From contig NW_003314296.1 of the NCBI RefSeq assembly GCF_000143415.4, positions 1,587,858-1,651,857 on the forward strand: a DNA stretch of 64,000 bases. Reading direction: 5' to 3'. The number at the start of each line of letters is the position of its first letter. The stretch's first letter is position 1. Both the position numbers and the translations under genes were made by a program. The DNA is from Selaginella moellendorffii. Its lineage: Eukaryota > Plantae > Lycopodiophyta. Below are positions 12,426 through 25,897 of this stretch, in pieces. The notes beneath the pieces were generated by a model. That model was given only the letters and a program-made list of their open reading frames with translations, made no database searches and was not told where the DNA came from.

Positions 12426-12964
12426 TTGGGTTCTTCTTCTTCTTGCGAGGACTCCAAGATGTTCTGCATAACTCTCACAATCGGGATGGTGATGCTAGCC
12501 TTTTTCCTGCTCATCAATTATCACGAATGCGACTTCAAGGACATCAAGGTTTTACACGTGGAGCTCCCATCAAACTCAACTCCGCGGTTTGTTTCCAATC
12601 TAGAGCTTCAGTTTAACTGCTCGAACCTCAAGCTCAACCTCATCGAAAGCACGAACACATGCTGGACGTGAGGTTTGATGCAATGGACGTAATTTTGAAG
12701 TACCGTGGAGCCGAGCTCGCAGTCCAGCCATTTTCATTCCCCATCTTTGTGCTTGCGGAGAGCAGCACTGTTTTGGTGAAACGGGGGATCATGGTGAACG
12801 AGACGAGCCTTTCCGTGGATAAGTTGAAGCTGTTTAAAGCGGATGTTGAATCGGGCAAAGTTCCACTCTCGGCAGCAATCCTGTCAGTGCCCAGTGGATT
12901 GAAGACAGTTCATCCAGTAGCTCGGATTACTTGCAGGCTGATCTTACCTGTGACTTGGGCATGA
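12426..12964 (+). pseudogene. LEA_2/NHL(HIN1)-like membrane protein, frameshifted
   Basis: N-terminal TM helix (ITLTIGMVMLAFFLLI) in one frame and VRFDAMDVILKYRGAEL in another. Frameshift near 12630-12660. Confidence 0.6.
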
Positions 12965-13124
12965 TTCTTCCACAGAAGGGTGAAACCAATGCGCAAGATA
13001 TTATGGTCATCAGCTGTGCCCTGTACTGTCCCTATTCAAGCTGGTAGTAGATGATACTAAACTATGCAAGAATATACTAACATACCACGAAATTTAATTT
13101 AACACTTGACTACATTTTTACCCT

Positions 13125-13450
13125 GCGCGATCGAGTGGTCGCTCCACGCCCATATTGACACCAATGCGCAGCTCATCGGACTGGCATTCTCGCCTCGCGG
13201 TTGAGATTTCGGGCTCTGATGTAAGTGCTGGCAAAGGAGCCGAGCTCAATCTTTTCATCCTGTAAGTTCCTTTGTGTTCTTTGTCGTTTTTTCCTTTTTT
13301 TTAAATTTCTAAACTACTCCAGCTTCACGACTGACTTGAAGATCAAGAGCATTTGCGTCTTCGGAGGCACTGATGGCAGTCCATCCAAAATGAAAGCGTA
13401 AGTGTTTTCAGTCTTTTTCTCTCTGCTGGGTTTTGCTTAGTGCTGGCTTT
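13125..13450 (+). pseudogene. Second degenerate PITH fragment
   Basis: Parallels 370-700 and the intact gene's exons and introns. Confidence 0.8.
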
Positions 13451-13608
13451 CATTTGCAATTAGCTGGTAAGGTCGTGGATAAGTTCGTTTTTAAATGCAG
13501 GAAACTCTGGATTGATCCGACCAGCAATCTTACGTGGAGGCGAATGTTAGCGTAGATGGCCAGACGGCAGGCTTGGTCTCTGGCTATGGTCCCTTGACCT
13601 TCCTCCAG
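13450..13608 (+). pseudogene. Second SCPL fragment
   Basis: ICN*L, intron, GN..., then VSVDGQTAGLVSGYGPLTFLQ followed by GT. Matches the S10 C-terminal motif VDGxxAGxxxxYGPLxFL. Confidence 0.75.
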
Positions 13609-13744
13609 GTGTGTTTCTACCGTTTAGTAGAATTCTTTGTCGTGGAAGTTTATGTGTAAGAACTATAATTACATTTAGAAATGTGTCGTAGCCCTTTTCC
13701 CATTGTGTATGCTGGTTATTGCGCTCTCGGATCATCAGGAACGA

Positions 13745-13997
13745 TGGTGCGACTTCAAGGTTTCAACTTCACGGTTTGTTTCTCCAGTTTAAGTGCTCGA
13801 ATCTCAAGCACCGCAAGCACACGTGTACGTGGAGTTTGATTCAATGGACGCTACCGTGGAGTCGAGCTCGCCGCGCACTGTTTTGGCGGCAAGGAGGATC
13901 GTGGTGAACGAGACGGGCAAAGTTCCACTCTGGTTGGAGGAGACATGTTTTAAGCTGTGACTTGGGCATGACTCTTCCACACAGTGCGCAAGATATT
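13745..13997 (+). pseudogene. Third LEA_2-like fragment
   Basis: Deleted paralogue of 975-1320 and 12530-13000. Confidence 0.6.
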
Positions 13998-14175
13998 GCC
14001 AGGCACTTTTACCACCTTTATTCATAACCTTATAGGTGCATGATAAATATTCAGCTAAATATCCTAATATACTATACTAGAATATTACCTAGAATATTTA
14101 GTACGCTGACTGACAAGTGGACCTGTCGCGAATGCTGGATAACCTTGGCTACATTTTCTAGGGCTTTTGCTAGCG

Positions 14176-15280
14176 ATGGCGTCGTGCACACACCACCACC
14201 ACTGCGCCGACCACTCCTGCGCTGCCGAGTGGTCGCTCCACGCCCACATTGACACCGCCAAGGTAAATGCGCAGCTCCGCGCCATCGATCGGGGCGCGGC
14301 ATTCGATCGTCGCGTCTCGGGGTCGAGATTTTGGGCTCTGATGCGTGTGCCTCTAGGTCTGGGCGCTGAACGAGGCCTCTCCAGGCAGCTCCAAATCGGT
14401 CTTCAAGAGCTGGGATCAGCGACTGGATCTCTCGGTAAGTGCTGCCAAAGGAGCGTTCTTTTTACATTTTTTTTGGCTGTGTAGGGATCGCTGGAGAGCA
14501 ATGAGGACGATCCCGAGCTCATTCTTTTCATCCCGTGAGTTTCTCTTTGTTCTTCTTTGTGAAGTGTTGTTCTTTCTTTCTTTCTTTCTAAAACAAAGAA
14601 AACTACTCCAGCTTCACCACTGACGTGAAGATCAAGAGCATTTGCGTCATCGGAGGCACTGATGGCAGCAGCCCATCCAAAATGAGAGCGTAAGTGTTTC
14701 GTTTTTTTTTTTTTCCTCTCTCTGCCGGGTTTTGCTTAGTGCTGGCTTTGCAGGTTCATAAACCGCGAGGACATCGACTTTTCGGATGCGAGGGAGCTCC
14801 TTCCCGTGCAGGTGTGCTCTGAGAAGTGTTACGCTTGTCTAGTATCTAAGCTCATCCTTTTTCTTTGCAGGAGTGGGATTTGGCTGAGAATCTCTACGGA
14901 GAACTGGAGTACCCAACAAGGTGACTTCAACTCTTTGGATTGATGCCTTTAAAACTCTTTCTCTCAGGTATCCCAAGTTCCAAGGCGTCGCCAATCTGAC
15001 CCTGCATTTCCCGACCAACTTTGGCGGCACGAGCACGCGCATCCACTACGTTGGACTGAAAGGAGAATCTACCAAGGTTGAGTCGTGCTCCTTGTGGTAT
15101 ACTTACCTGATTTATGAGCTTGTACAGGTGAATCGGGATGCCGTGACTAATGCAGTCTACGAGGCATATCCAAATCTGTCAGAGCACCAGTAAGTCGGGG
15201 TTTTCACGCAAGAAATGCCGGTGACGATTTGTTTGTCTTGCAGGATCCCAGGTGGTACTGGAGCACCCGAAGTTTCGTAG
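14176..15280 (+). CDS. PITH-domain protein (PITHD1-like), 9 exons, intact
   Basis: Spliced via GT-AG introns: MASCTHHHHCADHSCAAEWSLHAHIDTAK-VWALNEASPGSSKSVFKSWDQRLDLS-GSLESNEDDPELILFIP-FTTDVKIKSICVIGGTDGSSPSKMRA-FINREDIDFSDA...-YPKFQGVANLTLHFPTNFGG...-IPGGTGAPEVS*. Confidence 0.92.
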
Positions 15281-18200
15281 CTTTTCGGAGGCGCTCTACT
15301 CCCCCCGAGTGATTTACTCGTTACGTTTCGCTCTATAAGGTGTTGTTAGCGCTAGAGCTGTACAGGGAAGCTTGGTTTTGGACGCCTTTTGAGACCGGAA
15401 ATGATACCAAAGCCAGGAAAGTTTTTGGTACTTGAGTCTACTTTTAATTTTTTTTCTTTTGTCAACTCTTTCACAGGTACTGTCTTCTCTGTAAGCACAG
15501 GACCAGGACATCTGGTTCTCGTCTTTTTTAATCTCTTGACATGGTTATGACAACCCATGTTCGATCTCTGTTTAAAGTGGGTCTACAAACGCGCCAACTT
15601 TGCTGGGTGTAGAACAGGTAAGCTACACCTGGGATGTCCTTACTGCTCTATCGGGCAAGGTGATCGAAACATTTGGTAAATCCTGGACGGATGGCTTGGC
15701 TCGACAATTTCACTTTAGATCTTTGGTTTTCTAGCTAGCTGACAGGTACTAGGTGCGCAATGCCTCCTCGATTGAATGCTTGGCGCTATGAAACTATACC
15801 GAGAACAGAAACCGGGGTATTGGCTTGAAGCTTACAAGAGAAGCTAGTCCAGGCCGATGGCAGCTCCCCCAAAGAAGATAAATTAATATAAATGTACAAT
15901 ATTTATATGACACTAGAAAGTTAAGAAGATAAATCAAAACAGTAAAGAGAGGAATTTACAATGATAGATAAACAGTATAAATTAGAGAGTAAAAAATAGC
16001 AACAAACTTAATAAATAATATTAATCTTATAAAATATAATTAGTCCTAAAATTAGTAACAATATTAGCAAAAAGTCCTTTTCTAATCTTCCTTTTTATTT
16101 AAATGTATAATTAAATATTCTAGAATATACTATTTGAAATGAGTTTATCCTGTCTAGTGCACTTAAAACTAGATAAATAAATAAACTAATGGAAAACATA
16201 ACTTTATTATTTCTAAATAAGAACAAAAGCCTCTGAAATTCTTTTCTTTTTTTTTCAAGTACTGCAACATCTATATAATTAAATGTTTCACATCACCCTA
16301 CAAGAAAATAAAGTACAAAAGAGTAGTTTCAATTGAAGAACCCATGATGAATACATGATAGGAAAAACAATTGAGGGTGATAGTTTGTATGTATAAAGGG
16401 CACATTTAACTTCCAAAAGAAAGGAGAGACCCCACAACCCACCCAGGGCAGAGAACATTGAGTGCTGGTCTACCTAAAGTGAGGCAAAATACCCTTAGTT
16501 CAGCATGCTCAAATATTCTTTAGGTAAATTGTTTCCAAGTTTGTACCAGACTTCCAAAAAGAAGCCCCTTGTACAATTTACATTGTACATGAGATGGAGT
16601 ATTGCAAGTTGGTGCATATGCATTTAGTTTATCCTTATGTTTTGTTCTTTTTGGAAAATTACATCTGGTTTTTATTTTCCCAAGTTGTGCACTACATTTG
16701 TTTTCTGATTTTGTTTTTTTTTTCCATTACTTTATTATTTTTGCAGGCATGTCATGTGCTCCTCTTAAAAGCTGGGCAGAATACTCTCTTTCCTGTTTTG
16801 CTTTGAAGGTCTTGGGAGTGTGATGTTGTAACCACCTTGCTTAGACCCGGCTTGCTTTCCTTTTTGCCCCCTCCAAACATTTTTATTAGACTAGCCAACA
16901 AAGGGGTATCTGTCTTTTGGATTTCAACTTGCAAAATGCCAAGCTCCACTGATTTAGTTGGAATATGATAGCCCACGAGGCACCATGAGGGAGTGAGGTA
17001 ATTTTTAGGTCCCATGCTCCTCAATCGGGCACACGTGGACGGAAACAAGTTAGTCACCAAACAAGCTTTGTTATGGACTATATCTCAAAGTCTCTCCTTT
17101 AAGGAGAATACTCTGTTCTGGATCAAATCTCAAGGTCTCCTTAAGGATGAGAATGACGTTGTTTTCATCTTAGCAGCAGCAGCAGCTACCGTGTTTGAGA
17201 TTGGATCCTTTTGGAAAGATCTCATTGAATTTGCTCTCTAATCACAGGTAAAGTGAATCAAATTCTACACATGGGGACAGATCGTGTCATTGAATGTGCT
17301 CTCTAATCACAGGTTAACTGAATGTAATCCTACACACGTCTCATGAGGAAAGGTTCAGCTTTTTCTTTGCTTTTGTCGAAATGGGTGACAGATCATGTCG
17401 TTCTTTACAAGATCAATGGTTATCAAGCCGAGAAAGTTAGAAAAAGATTAAATGGAAAGAGTTTTCAAATGTAGAAGTTGAGACGAATTGGAAAGCCCAC
17501 TGATTGGAACAACACACTGAAAGAGAGAAAGGAAGAATCTATCAACATCCAAGGTATATGGTCAAGGACCTCACAATGGATGTGTAATATGTGTAGTTCT
17601 AACTGTATGGTTATGGATGACATGACACCCTCCAGCAAAAAAATAAAGTTTTCTAATTTTTTGGCTGACTTTTGCGATAGTAAAGGAGAAAAACACTAGT
17701 GGTGGCGGATGACTGCGGCGTAGTGCGGCAGGCCGCGGCATGCCGCGGCGACCGCTGCGGCAGAGCTCATTCCCTTATCCACGGAGAAGAGAGAAGAATG
17801 GAGTTTTCACACTGTGGCGCAATGAAAGAAAGACCCTCGCAGCTCTTTCTTTGGCTCTTTTGCTTCTCGGCTTTTCAGGGATTAGGGAAGGCATGTTGAG
17901 AGCGCGAATGCGGCGGCGCGCGCCATCGCTGCGGTTAGAGCGCTCCAGGGCGTAGACCGGGTAGGGAAACAGGGTTTCGATGCCGGCGCCAGGCGATCTT
18001 GGTGGTGTTTGGTCGGATCTAGCGATATTTCGGGGTGGAATCGGCTTCTTGGCTACCAGGTTCTCGGCAGTGGCCTCGCATTGCGGTCTGTGATGCTCCG
18101 GCGGGCCAGCAATCCAGATTAGGGGAAAGAGGAGAGGAAGGAATGCGCGGCGATGGAAGCGCCGGGAATGCTGAGCATTGGAAGGATCTGGAGTGACGAG

Positions 18201-18357
18201 GAGCGATAAGCGCAGCTCTCTTTATTCCACTGTTTGGGGAAAAGCTGTGGCATATTCGCGTAGATCTATATCGGCCGCCAGGAGCAATTTGGCCTGCGAG
18301 CTGGGGGACAAGGAGGACAATGACTCAACTCCAACGAACAGGATCGAGATAGGAACA

Positions 18358-21300
18358 ATGTGTCAAGTTCCAGCCGCGAAGGAGATTTTCAGTCGCTCTT
18401 CGATGGATAGCTGCGGCAAACGGGGTGGCAAGGAATTGCCCAATGGGACCAGCTCCGCCACCACCAGCACCAGCACCAGCACGACCACGAACGCCACCGC
18501 CGCCGTGGCCAATCAAGGAAGGCTGGCTGTCAGGTGGTGGGTGCCTCCAGCGAGCACTCGCAGCTCGGGATCCAAGAGCAAAGGGCAGAAGATCGGTGAG
18601 AAGTGGTATGGAACGCTACTACTTTTGTGGCTGCTCGGGGGGATTTGCGTCTCCATCTGGGTGTACAGGTCCATGAACGCTGGGAACATCAGGCGCCACA
18701 GGGAGCTGCTTGACAACATGTGTGACGAGCGAGCGTGGATGCTCCAGGATCAATTCACGGCGAGTATGAACCACGTCAAGGCACTGGCTGCGCTCCTCCG
18801 GACATTTCATCTGGGAAAGCAGCCTTCGGTGCTCGACCAGGTTCGTTCTCTTTCATTTTTTTTTTCCTCCGCACTTTTTTCTCTAGCTTACTTCTTTTTT
18901 CCCTTTCTATAGGAGACATTTGCTGTCTACACGAAGCGGACGGAATTCGAGAGGCCGTTGATGACTGGGGTGGCGTATGCCCAGCGCCTGTTTCACTCGG
19001 AGCGGGAGGCCTTTGAGAGGCGCTATGGCTGGGAGATCAAGACAATGACAACAAAAAAAGTCCAGAGTCCCCAAGCAGAGTACGCGCCAGCCGTTTTTAC
19101 GCAGAACAGCTTGTCCTATCTAGAGTCCCTCGACATGCTGTCCGGGAAGGCAAGTGCTCCCTTGTTTTGTTTTTAGCTTCTCACACGCGGAGCTGCAGGA
19201 AGACTGTGACAACATATTGCGGGCTAGATCATCCGGGAAAGGAGTTTTGACGACTCCAATGAGACTTCTCGAGTCTAACCACCTAGGCATCGTGGTGACT
19301 TTCACCGTCTATAAGGAGGATCTGCCCGAAGACGCTTCGGAGGAAGAACGAATTGCTGCAAGTGCCGGGTACTTCTGATTCGGATTGCTTTATAGCATGT
19401 GGTGTCTGATATACTTTACCATGCAGCTATGTCGGTGGTGCATTCGACTTCGAATTGCTAGTGACAAACTTGCTAAAGCAACTTGCCGGTAGTCAATCAA
19501 TCATCGTGAATGTCTATGACGTGACGAACGAATCTAAGCCTCTACTTATGTATGGCCCCGATGCTTACTTGGAAGGGCGTGACGTCCATGTGACGGAACT
19601 AGACTTTCGGGATCCTGCAAGAAAGCATGAAATTCGCTGCAGGTAAAAGAGCTTACCATGGCTTTTCTACGGATTGACAGATGCTGTTACTTTTCAGGTT
19701 TCACAATCCCCTTCCGATTTCATGGTCGGCTATCACAACTTCAGTGGGAATATTGGTGATCGTGTTTTTGGTGGGTCATATATTGCACGCAGCAATAAAT
19801 AGGATACAGAAAGTTGAGGAAGATTATCGACGTATGGAAGATTTGAAAGTACTGGCTGAGTCTGCTGATATTGCAAAATCTCAGGTATGATTATATGGCA
19901 TCTATTTGACCTTATATTCATATGATGACACTTTTTTGTGAAGTTTTTGGCGACTGTTTCCCATGAAATTCGCACCCCAATGAATGGAGTACTAGGTATA
20001 GAATTAATTTTTTTATGTACATTTTTCTGAAGTTTTGGTGTACACAGGAATGCTTCAAATGCTTATGGATACAGACCTCGATCCAACACAACGCGACTAT
20101 GCAGGAACAGCTCACGAAAGCGGGAAGCAGCTCATAAAGCTCATCAACGAGGTTTTGGACCAAGCCAAGATCGAATCTGGACGAATGGAACTCGAAATGG
20201 TTCCTTTCGATTTGAGGACCATTCTTGACGACATTCTTTGCTTGTTTTCAGCCGAAATCAAGGATAAGGGAATCGAGGTACGCAAGCTTTTTATTTTATA
20301 TGACAGCCATCCTGAGGCCTTGTTTAATCCAAGTTGGCTGTCTTCGTTTCGGAAAAAGTACCTGACGTCCTGGTCGGAGATCCTGCTCGCCTACATCAAA
20401 TTATTACCAACCTTGTTGGCAACTCCGTCAAGGTAAGGAATTTTTTGCGCCGTTTCTGCTGTAGTGATGGCTTCTATGTGCAGTTCACAGAACAGGGCCA
20501 CATCTTTGTCTGCGTTCATATGGAAGACGAGTTGACCACAGTCTCCAAAGAGGAAGGATTCGACTCGTGCAATACGCTGAGTGGCGTGAAGGCTGCAGAC
20601 CTCAGGCTTAGCTGGGACAGTTTTAAGAGTTTGGTTGGCGGGCTTGAGGATAGAAACTGTGGCGAGCTTACGGATGTCAGGATCGTGTTCAACGTTGAAG
20701 ACACAGGGGTTGGGATTCCGCTTCTTGCACAGGATCGTGTTTTCACGCCGTTCATGCAAGCTGACAGTTCTACTTCGAGGAATTATGGTGGCACTGGGAT
20801 AGGATTGAGCATAAGCAAGTGCTTGGTGGAGTTGATGCAAGGGAGCATGGACTTTGTCAGCCAACCTGGTATCGGAGCTACATTCAGATTCTCGGTAGTG
20901 TTCAAAAGAGGGGAAATGAAAATGCCGGAGGCCAGATACCCGCATATAAGTCCAAAGCATTCTCAGATGGCGCGGCTGACGCCGTGCTTGAAGAATATGC
21001 GGGCACTTGTTGTTGACGGGAGGCCTGTAAGGTCACAGATAACGAGATACCACTTGCAAAGACTGGGAATGCAAGTTGAAGTCGTAAATGATATACCGTC
21101 AGCTTTGTCTGGGGGTGCGAACTCAAGGTAAGATACTCGGTGGTTGTTTGCTTTTGTCCAAACACTGACGGATGCTCTTGTTTTGTAGAAGCCTTGATAT
21201 GGTGCTTGTCGACAAAGACTCCTGGGGGCCGGGTTCCGGACTCGTGGTTCCTCAAAAGTTGAAGGACGCGGGAGGAAGGTTTAAGAATGCGAAGTTTATC

Positions 21301-21967
21301 CTACTTGCGGGTTCGGCGATTGATAACGAGCCTCTGAAAACTGCTCCGTCCGGCTTCATTGCTACACATCACAAACCTGTCCGAGCAAGCTCTTTTGCAA
21401 CTTTCCTGGAGAAAGTTTTCGGCTTTGGCAGTAAAAGATTGAACGGCAGGGAGATTTCGCAGGGGTCGAGGTTGCACAGTCTCTTATCTGGGAAGCAGAT
21501 ATTAGTGGTTGATGACAATAAAGTCAACAGGCGAGTTGCTGCCGGTGCTCTCACCAAGTATGGTGCTCGCGTTGAATGTGTCGAGAGTGGCAAAGCAGCG
21601 ATTGCAAGACTTCAGCCCTCCCACGAGTTTGATGCATGCTTTATGGACGTGCAAATGCCCGAGATGGACGGGTGGGTAGTATTTCATTTTCCTGTTTGTC
21701 GTAAATGACGTCTTGTGTCCTTTACTCTTGTGCAGCTTTGAAGCAACTAGAAAGATTCGGGAAGCTGAGGGACACGATTGCAAGTGTCGCCTCCCTATTC
21801 TGGCAATGACAGCGGACCTCATCCAGGCCACCCGGGACGAATGCACCAAGTGTGGTATGGATGGTTACGTATCGAAACCGTTTGAAGAGGAGCAGCTTTA
21901 CAAGGCCGTCGCCAAGTACTTCGAGTCTTCGGCAAAACCGAATGCTCTCAAAGGCAAAAGCGAATGA
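18358..21967 (+). CDS. CHASE-domain hybrid histidine kinase (cytokinin receptor, CRE1/AHK-like), multi-exon
   Basis: TM helix, CHASE (NMCDERAWMLQDQF; FERPLMTGVAYA), H-box FLATVSHEIRTPMNGVLG, HATPase DTGVGIP/GGTGIGLSISK, receiver ILVVDDN...FMDVQMPEMDG. Start codon uncertain (18358 or 18403). Confidence 0.95.
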
Positions 21968-22339
21968 TCTCAAAGGGCCTTGAGGTGCAGCAGGCTTTGG
22001 AGAAAAGCTAATGATTTTGACGCCATACCGGGCGACAGGGTGGAGGTAAAAAGTGTGAGCACTCCCACTGGAATGAGTCTAATCGTTCGTTTACAGAATC
22101 TCCTCGGGTAGTTTCCTGCTCTGGAGCAGGATACTCGAAGCGATGACAACATCAAGGTGAAGTCTACGTAGGGATTTGTATATTCTATTGACGTGATTTC
22201 CAGTGCACAACCAAAGAACTGTAGGGAATGCACTGAGGCAGCAATTGCGCGAGTGTATATACTCCAATAACATACCGGTTTTGGCGTCTCAATTCTCGTC
22301 TAGTTCTACACAGGAAGTGGGCTTCAAAGCTGTCCGGGT

Positions 22340-23160
22340 ACTCTGTACACCAAGACTCAAGTTTGACGACTCTACCTGACCCGCAAGCAACAGGTACCCT
22401 CCGCTACTGTGATCTAGAAAATACTTCGCAGCTTGAACAGCTTGAGAAACCTGACTCTAGCTCTTACAGGGTCCCAGCAAGCACGTCCATTCCAGAGCAG
22501 TGGGAACGATGGTGGAGAGAAGCTCTTGTGCATCACTCGGATGTCCGGCACGGCAGGAGTGGTCGAGCATGCAGCAGTAGTGGTGCTTGTTGGGCGACAC
22601 TCCAAAGTCCACGCTCACTGACCCAAAATGGTCTCTGTCGTGAAGCAACATCCCTTCGTAACTACAGGCAACCAGAACAGAACTGAAGTTGATATCATCC
22701 GGCAGGTTGGCAACTTTGAGCTCGGCAAAGAGATCAAAAGCTTCGGTGGTGTGGCCATTTTGGGCGTAGGCAGCGAGCAGGGAATTCCAGGAACAGATAC
22801 GAGGCTCGGGTGCCCAGCAGAAGTTCTGTGCAGCAAGGCCGAGGTGGCCGTTCCGAGCATCCGTCATGGCAGTCCACAAGACAAAAGTCTCCGGCATTGG
22901 AAGAAGCAGACGTACGCCGAGAGCATCGCGTTCCAGCTGGTGGAGTCCCGCTGCGGCATTCCATCGAAGATTTCCCGGGAGAGAAAGAGCCCAGCTTGCG
23001 TTAAAGAATGCCAGCTCAAGATGTGGGGATCGTTGTGGCATATTCTCTAGCATATTTCTAGCTTCAATGCACAATCATCACTCTCCACGAGCTGGAGTTG
23101 CCATGAAAAGCATATTCCGTGCTGCCACTCATTCCACGAGGACGGGAGGTCTTTTGATCG
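22340..23160 (-). pseudogene. Internally deleted, inverted paralogue of the PPR gene at 60344-62374
   Basis: EPRICSWNSLLAAYAQN...VSPNKHHYCCM...PTALEWTCLLG shared with the distal gene. Most PPR motifs are deleted. Confidence 0.85.
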
Positions 23161-25179
23161 GCATGCTATGAGGTGCCTCTATTTTGTTGTCCACTGGATT
23201 TTATGGGATAGAGGATCTAATCAAGCAGCGGAATGGCTGGGTGATTGATTTGGTGGCAAGAGGCATCACTAGGAATATGATTAAGCATGGGACTGGATGT
23301 GCTTGCTCTCACTTGCTGCAATGAGATTGGCATTGATGTAGCATTGAACGCAAAGGCATTTGTATTGTCACATTATTTAGTCAAGAAAACTTTGGGAATG
23401 TGGGCAAGTAGCAAATTGAGTAAAACAAAATAATAACATTGGTCCTTTATTCTGTATTTTGTCCTTTCCGACTATATTTATATAAATCAAGTGTAATAAC
23501 TAAATTTATGAGCTATATTTTATTTCTTCTTTGGCTCACCTTTAATCTGAAAACTTTTGTAGGCTAAAATTTCACTGTAGTTTCAATTTTAACATATAAT
23601 TATTCTTTCAAGTAAAAGCTAAATGAGATTTTATTGATACTCTTGATATTGAAACAATGAAATTTAAACAACTTAATGATTCAAATGAAATATGAGGTTA
23701 GCAATTTGAAACAATTTATGAGCCTTTCAAAAATAAAATATCAACTATTATTCTTAATCATTATGTTGGTAATAATAATGGAAGTATGGTAAGAGGGGTG
23801 ATTTTCACAGATCATGTCATAGTGCAACTATAAGTATAACTCCTGCTAATAAAGTAAAATTATCAGCAATTTATCATAATTTTGATGGAAATGAGAATTT
23901 CTCAAAATTCATTCTAAATGATATTATCTCAAATCAAAATGGCTATGTTAAATTAGAAAATTAATATAAAATAAGAGTAGTTTTTTATCTGATTAGTTCA
24001 AAAAATGTTGAAAATAAAAATATTAACATATTTATATTACTTTATTTTTATTAAAATAATTTAATAATGATAAAATTCAACATCTTTATAAAATACATTC
24101 ATTCAACATTTTTCTGATTTAATTCCATTCAATGTTTAAATTCTATTTATCATTTATGATGAGATACATAAAATGTTTCTTTCATATTTAAGTTTTATAC
24201 ATAGTGTATTAACTTAATTTTGAATTACCTTTAACTATTAGGAGATAGATATTTTATATATTACATATATAAAAACTTTATTCCCTAAGAAAAGGAAAAT
24301 GATTTTAAATTGTTTTTAGTATGGACATTTTTTAATTTCTTGATATATATACATTTGATTATATTTAATCATCAAAAAAGTGAGATGAAAAAAATTATGT
24401 TAAATGACAGAATTAAAATTTATAATGGTTTATACATCAATTCACTTGTTTAAATACAAGAAAAAATTTATATAATACTATTTAATTTAATTTATAATTA
24501 GAAGTGATAGATTAAGTTTTCTCAAAAAAAGAGTATTTCAATTTTTATATGCTTAAAACAACTTGTATTAAAAGAAATAAACTAGTGATATAAAACTGGG
24601 AATAAAAAATGTTTTGATTGCAAATATATTAAACACTTACACCATCAATAAAAATTTAATAATATTTTTAATTAAAATTTTGTAAACTATGTATGGTAGA
24701 AATAATTAAAAGCTTACCCCTTATCATCAAGTCAAATACTAGTAATAATTTGAATAAATAAACTTACCTACATATATTAATTAGTGTGAGGTCCATGCCA
24801 CATACTATTATTAGAATAATGGGATTTTAATAGGTGTCTGATTAATTTCAATCTGAACCACTTGCTCTTAAAGGTTTTGGGCTAATTGAATATACAAATT
24901 TTTATATTCTATATACTCATATTGGTGGAAATAAAGGGCTATTACCAAAGAGTGATTGAATTTGTGTTTTTGGTTTAGATTTAACTTTTGCATTGTTTAG
25001 AGTTCTTTTGTTTTCATTTCTTATTTTTCTCTTTTCTTTTTATTTTCATTCAACTTCTTGGTAAAATATTATACCTTTTGCAATAGCCTCCTTTTCCTCT
25101 TCATCTAACTCTAGAGCAACAATTGGTGTAATGTAGTTATAATTTATCAATCAAATTTAGTTGCATATGGCTAAATTTC

Positions 25180-25505
25180 TTCCATAGGAATTCTAAGGAT
25201 GACGTATATTATTGGTTCAATAATTTTATAGTGATTGCCACATGTCATTCTTAGGATAATACTTGGCATCTGAATGAGTTTCTTATATGTCTTTAAGAGA
25301 CAGCATTGCAATGGTATAATGGTTTAAACATAACCACTCATGCAAATTAGAGTCTTTTCTTAGCTACCATTGTACCATTGCAATTTTGTCCTTTTGGAGA
25401 TATAAGAAACTCATATATGCTAAATATCATCCCAAAAATGATAAGTGGCAATCATTATAAATGATTGAACCAATGATACACATCATCTTTAGAATTCCTA
25501 TAGAA
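25180..25505. repeat. Inverted duplication (~140-bp arms) of A2 gag
   Basis: 25366-25505 is a diverged reverse complement of ~25180-25325. Confidence 0.75.
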
Positions 25506-25897
25506 TAAATTATTCCTAGGACTCCAATTTGAGTTTGCTTTCCAGCAATTGCATTATCCCAATCAAAGTTTGTTGAGTTAGTTATACAATTTAGTGTTTG
25601 ATTCTAGAGTCTGTTGTTTCACAATAGATTAAGTTATGTAATGGTTAACACTTTATCAAAATCTTGTAAGACTTGTATATACACATGCCATAGCCATCCT
25701 AGGGGTTCACTTTGCACTAGTTCATCTAGTATTCACTTTCTAAATTTAGTTTTATAACAAGAGGTCCTTATTGTCCTCTCCGTATTATTGATATGGGTTT
25801 GAAACTATCTTTTATTGCTTAATTTATTGCCATACATTATTATCTATATTTGCATCATGTAGTAGAATCAATGTTCATTCTTTATAGCAACCATTAC

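Noticed and set aside
15300-15900. Splice-like signals downstream of the PITH gene
   Set aside because: I could not assemble a recognisable product; this may be UTR or unidentifiable debris.
17224-17400. ~66-bp diverged tandem duplication upstream of the kinase
   Set aside because: Two copies only, with no sign of function.
20391-20960. Long antisense ORFs over the kinase, PPR and gag-pol regions
   Set aside because: Shadow ORFs of real coding sequence with no recognisable motifs.
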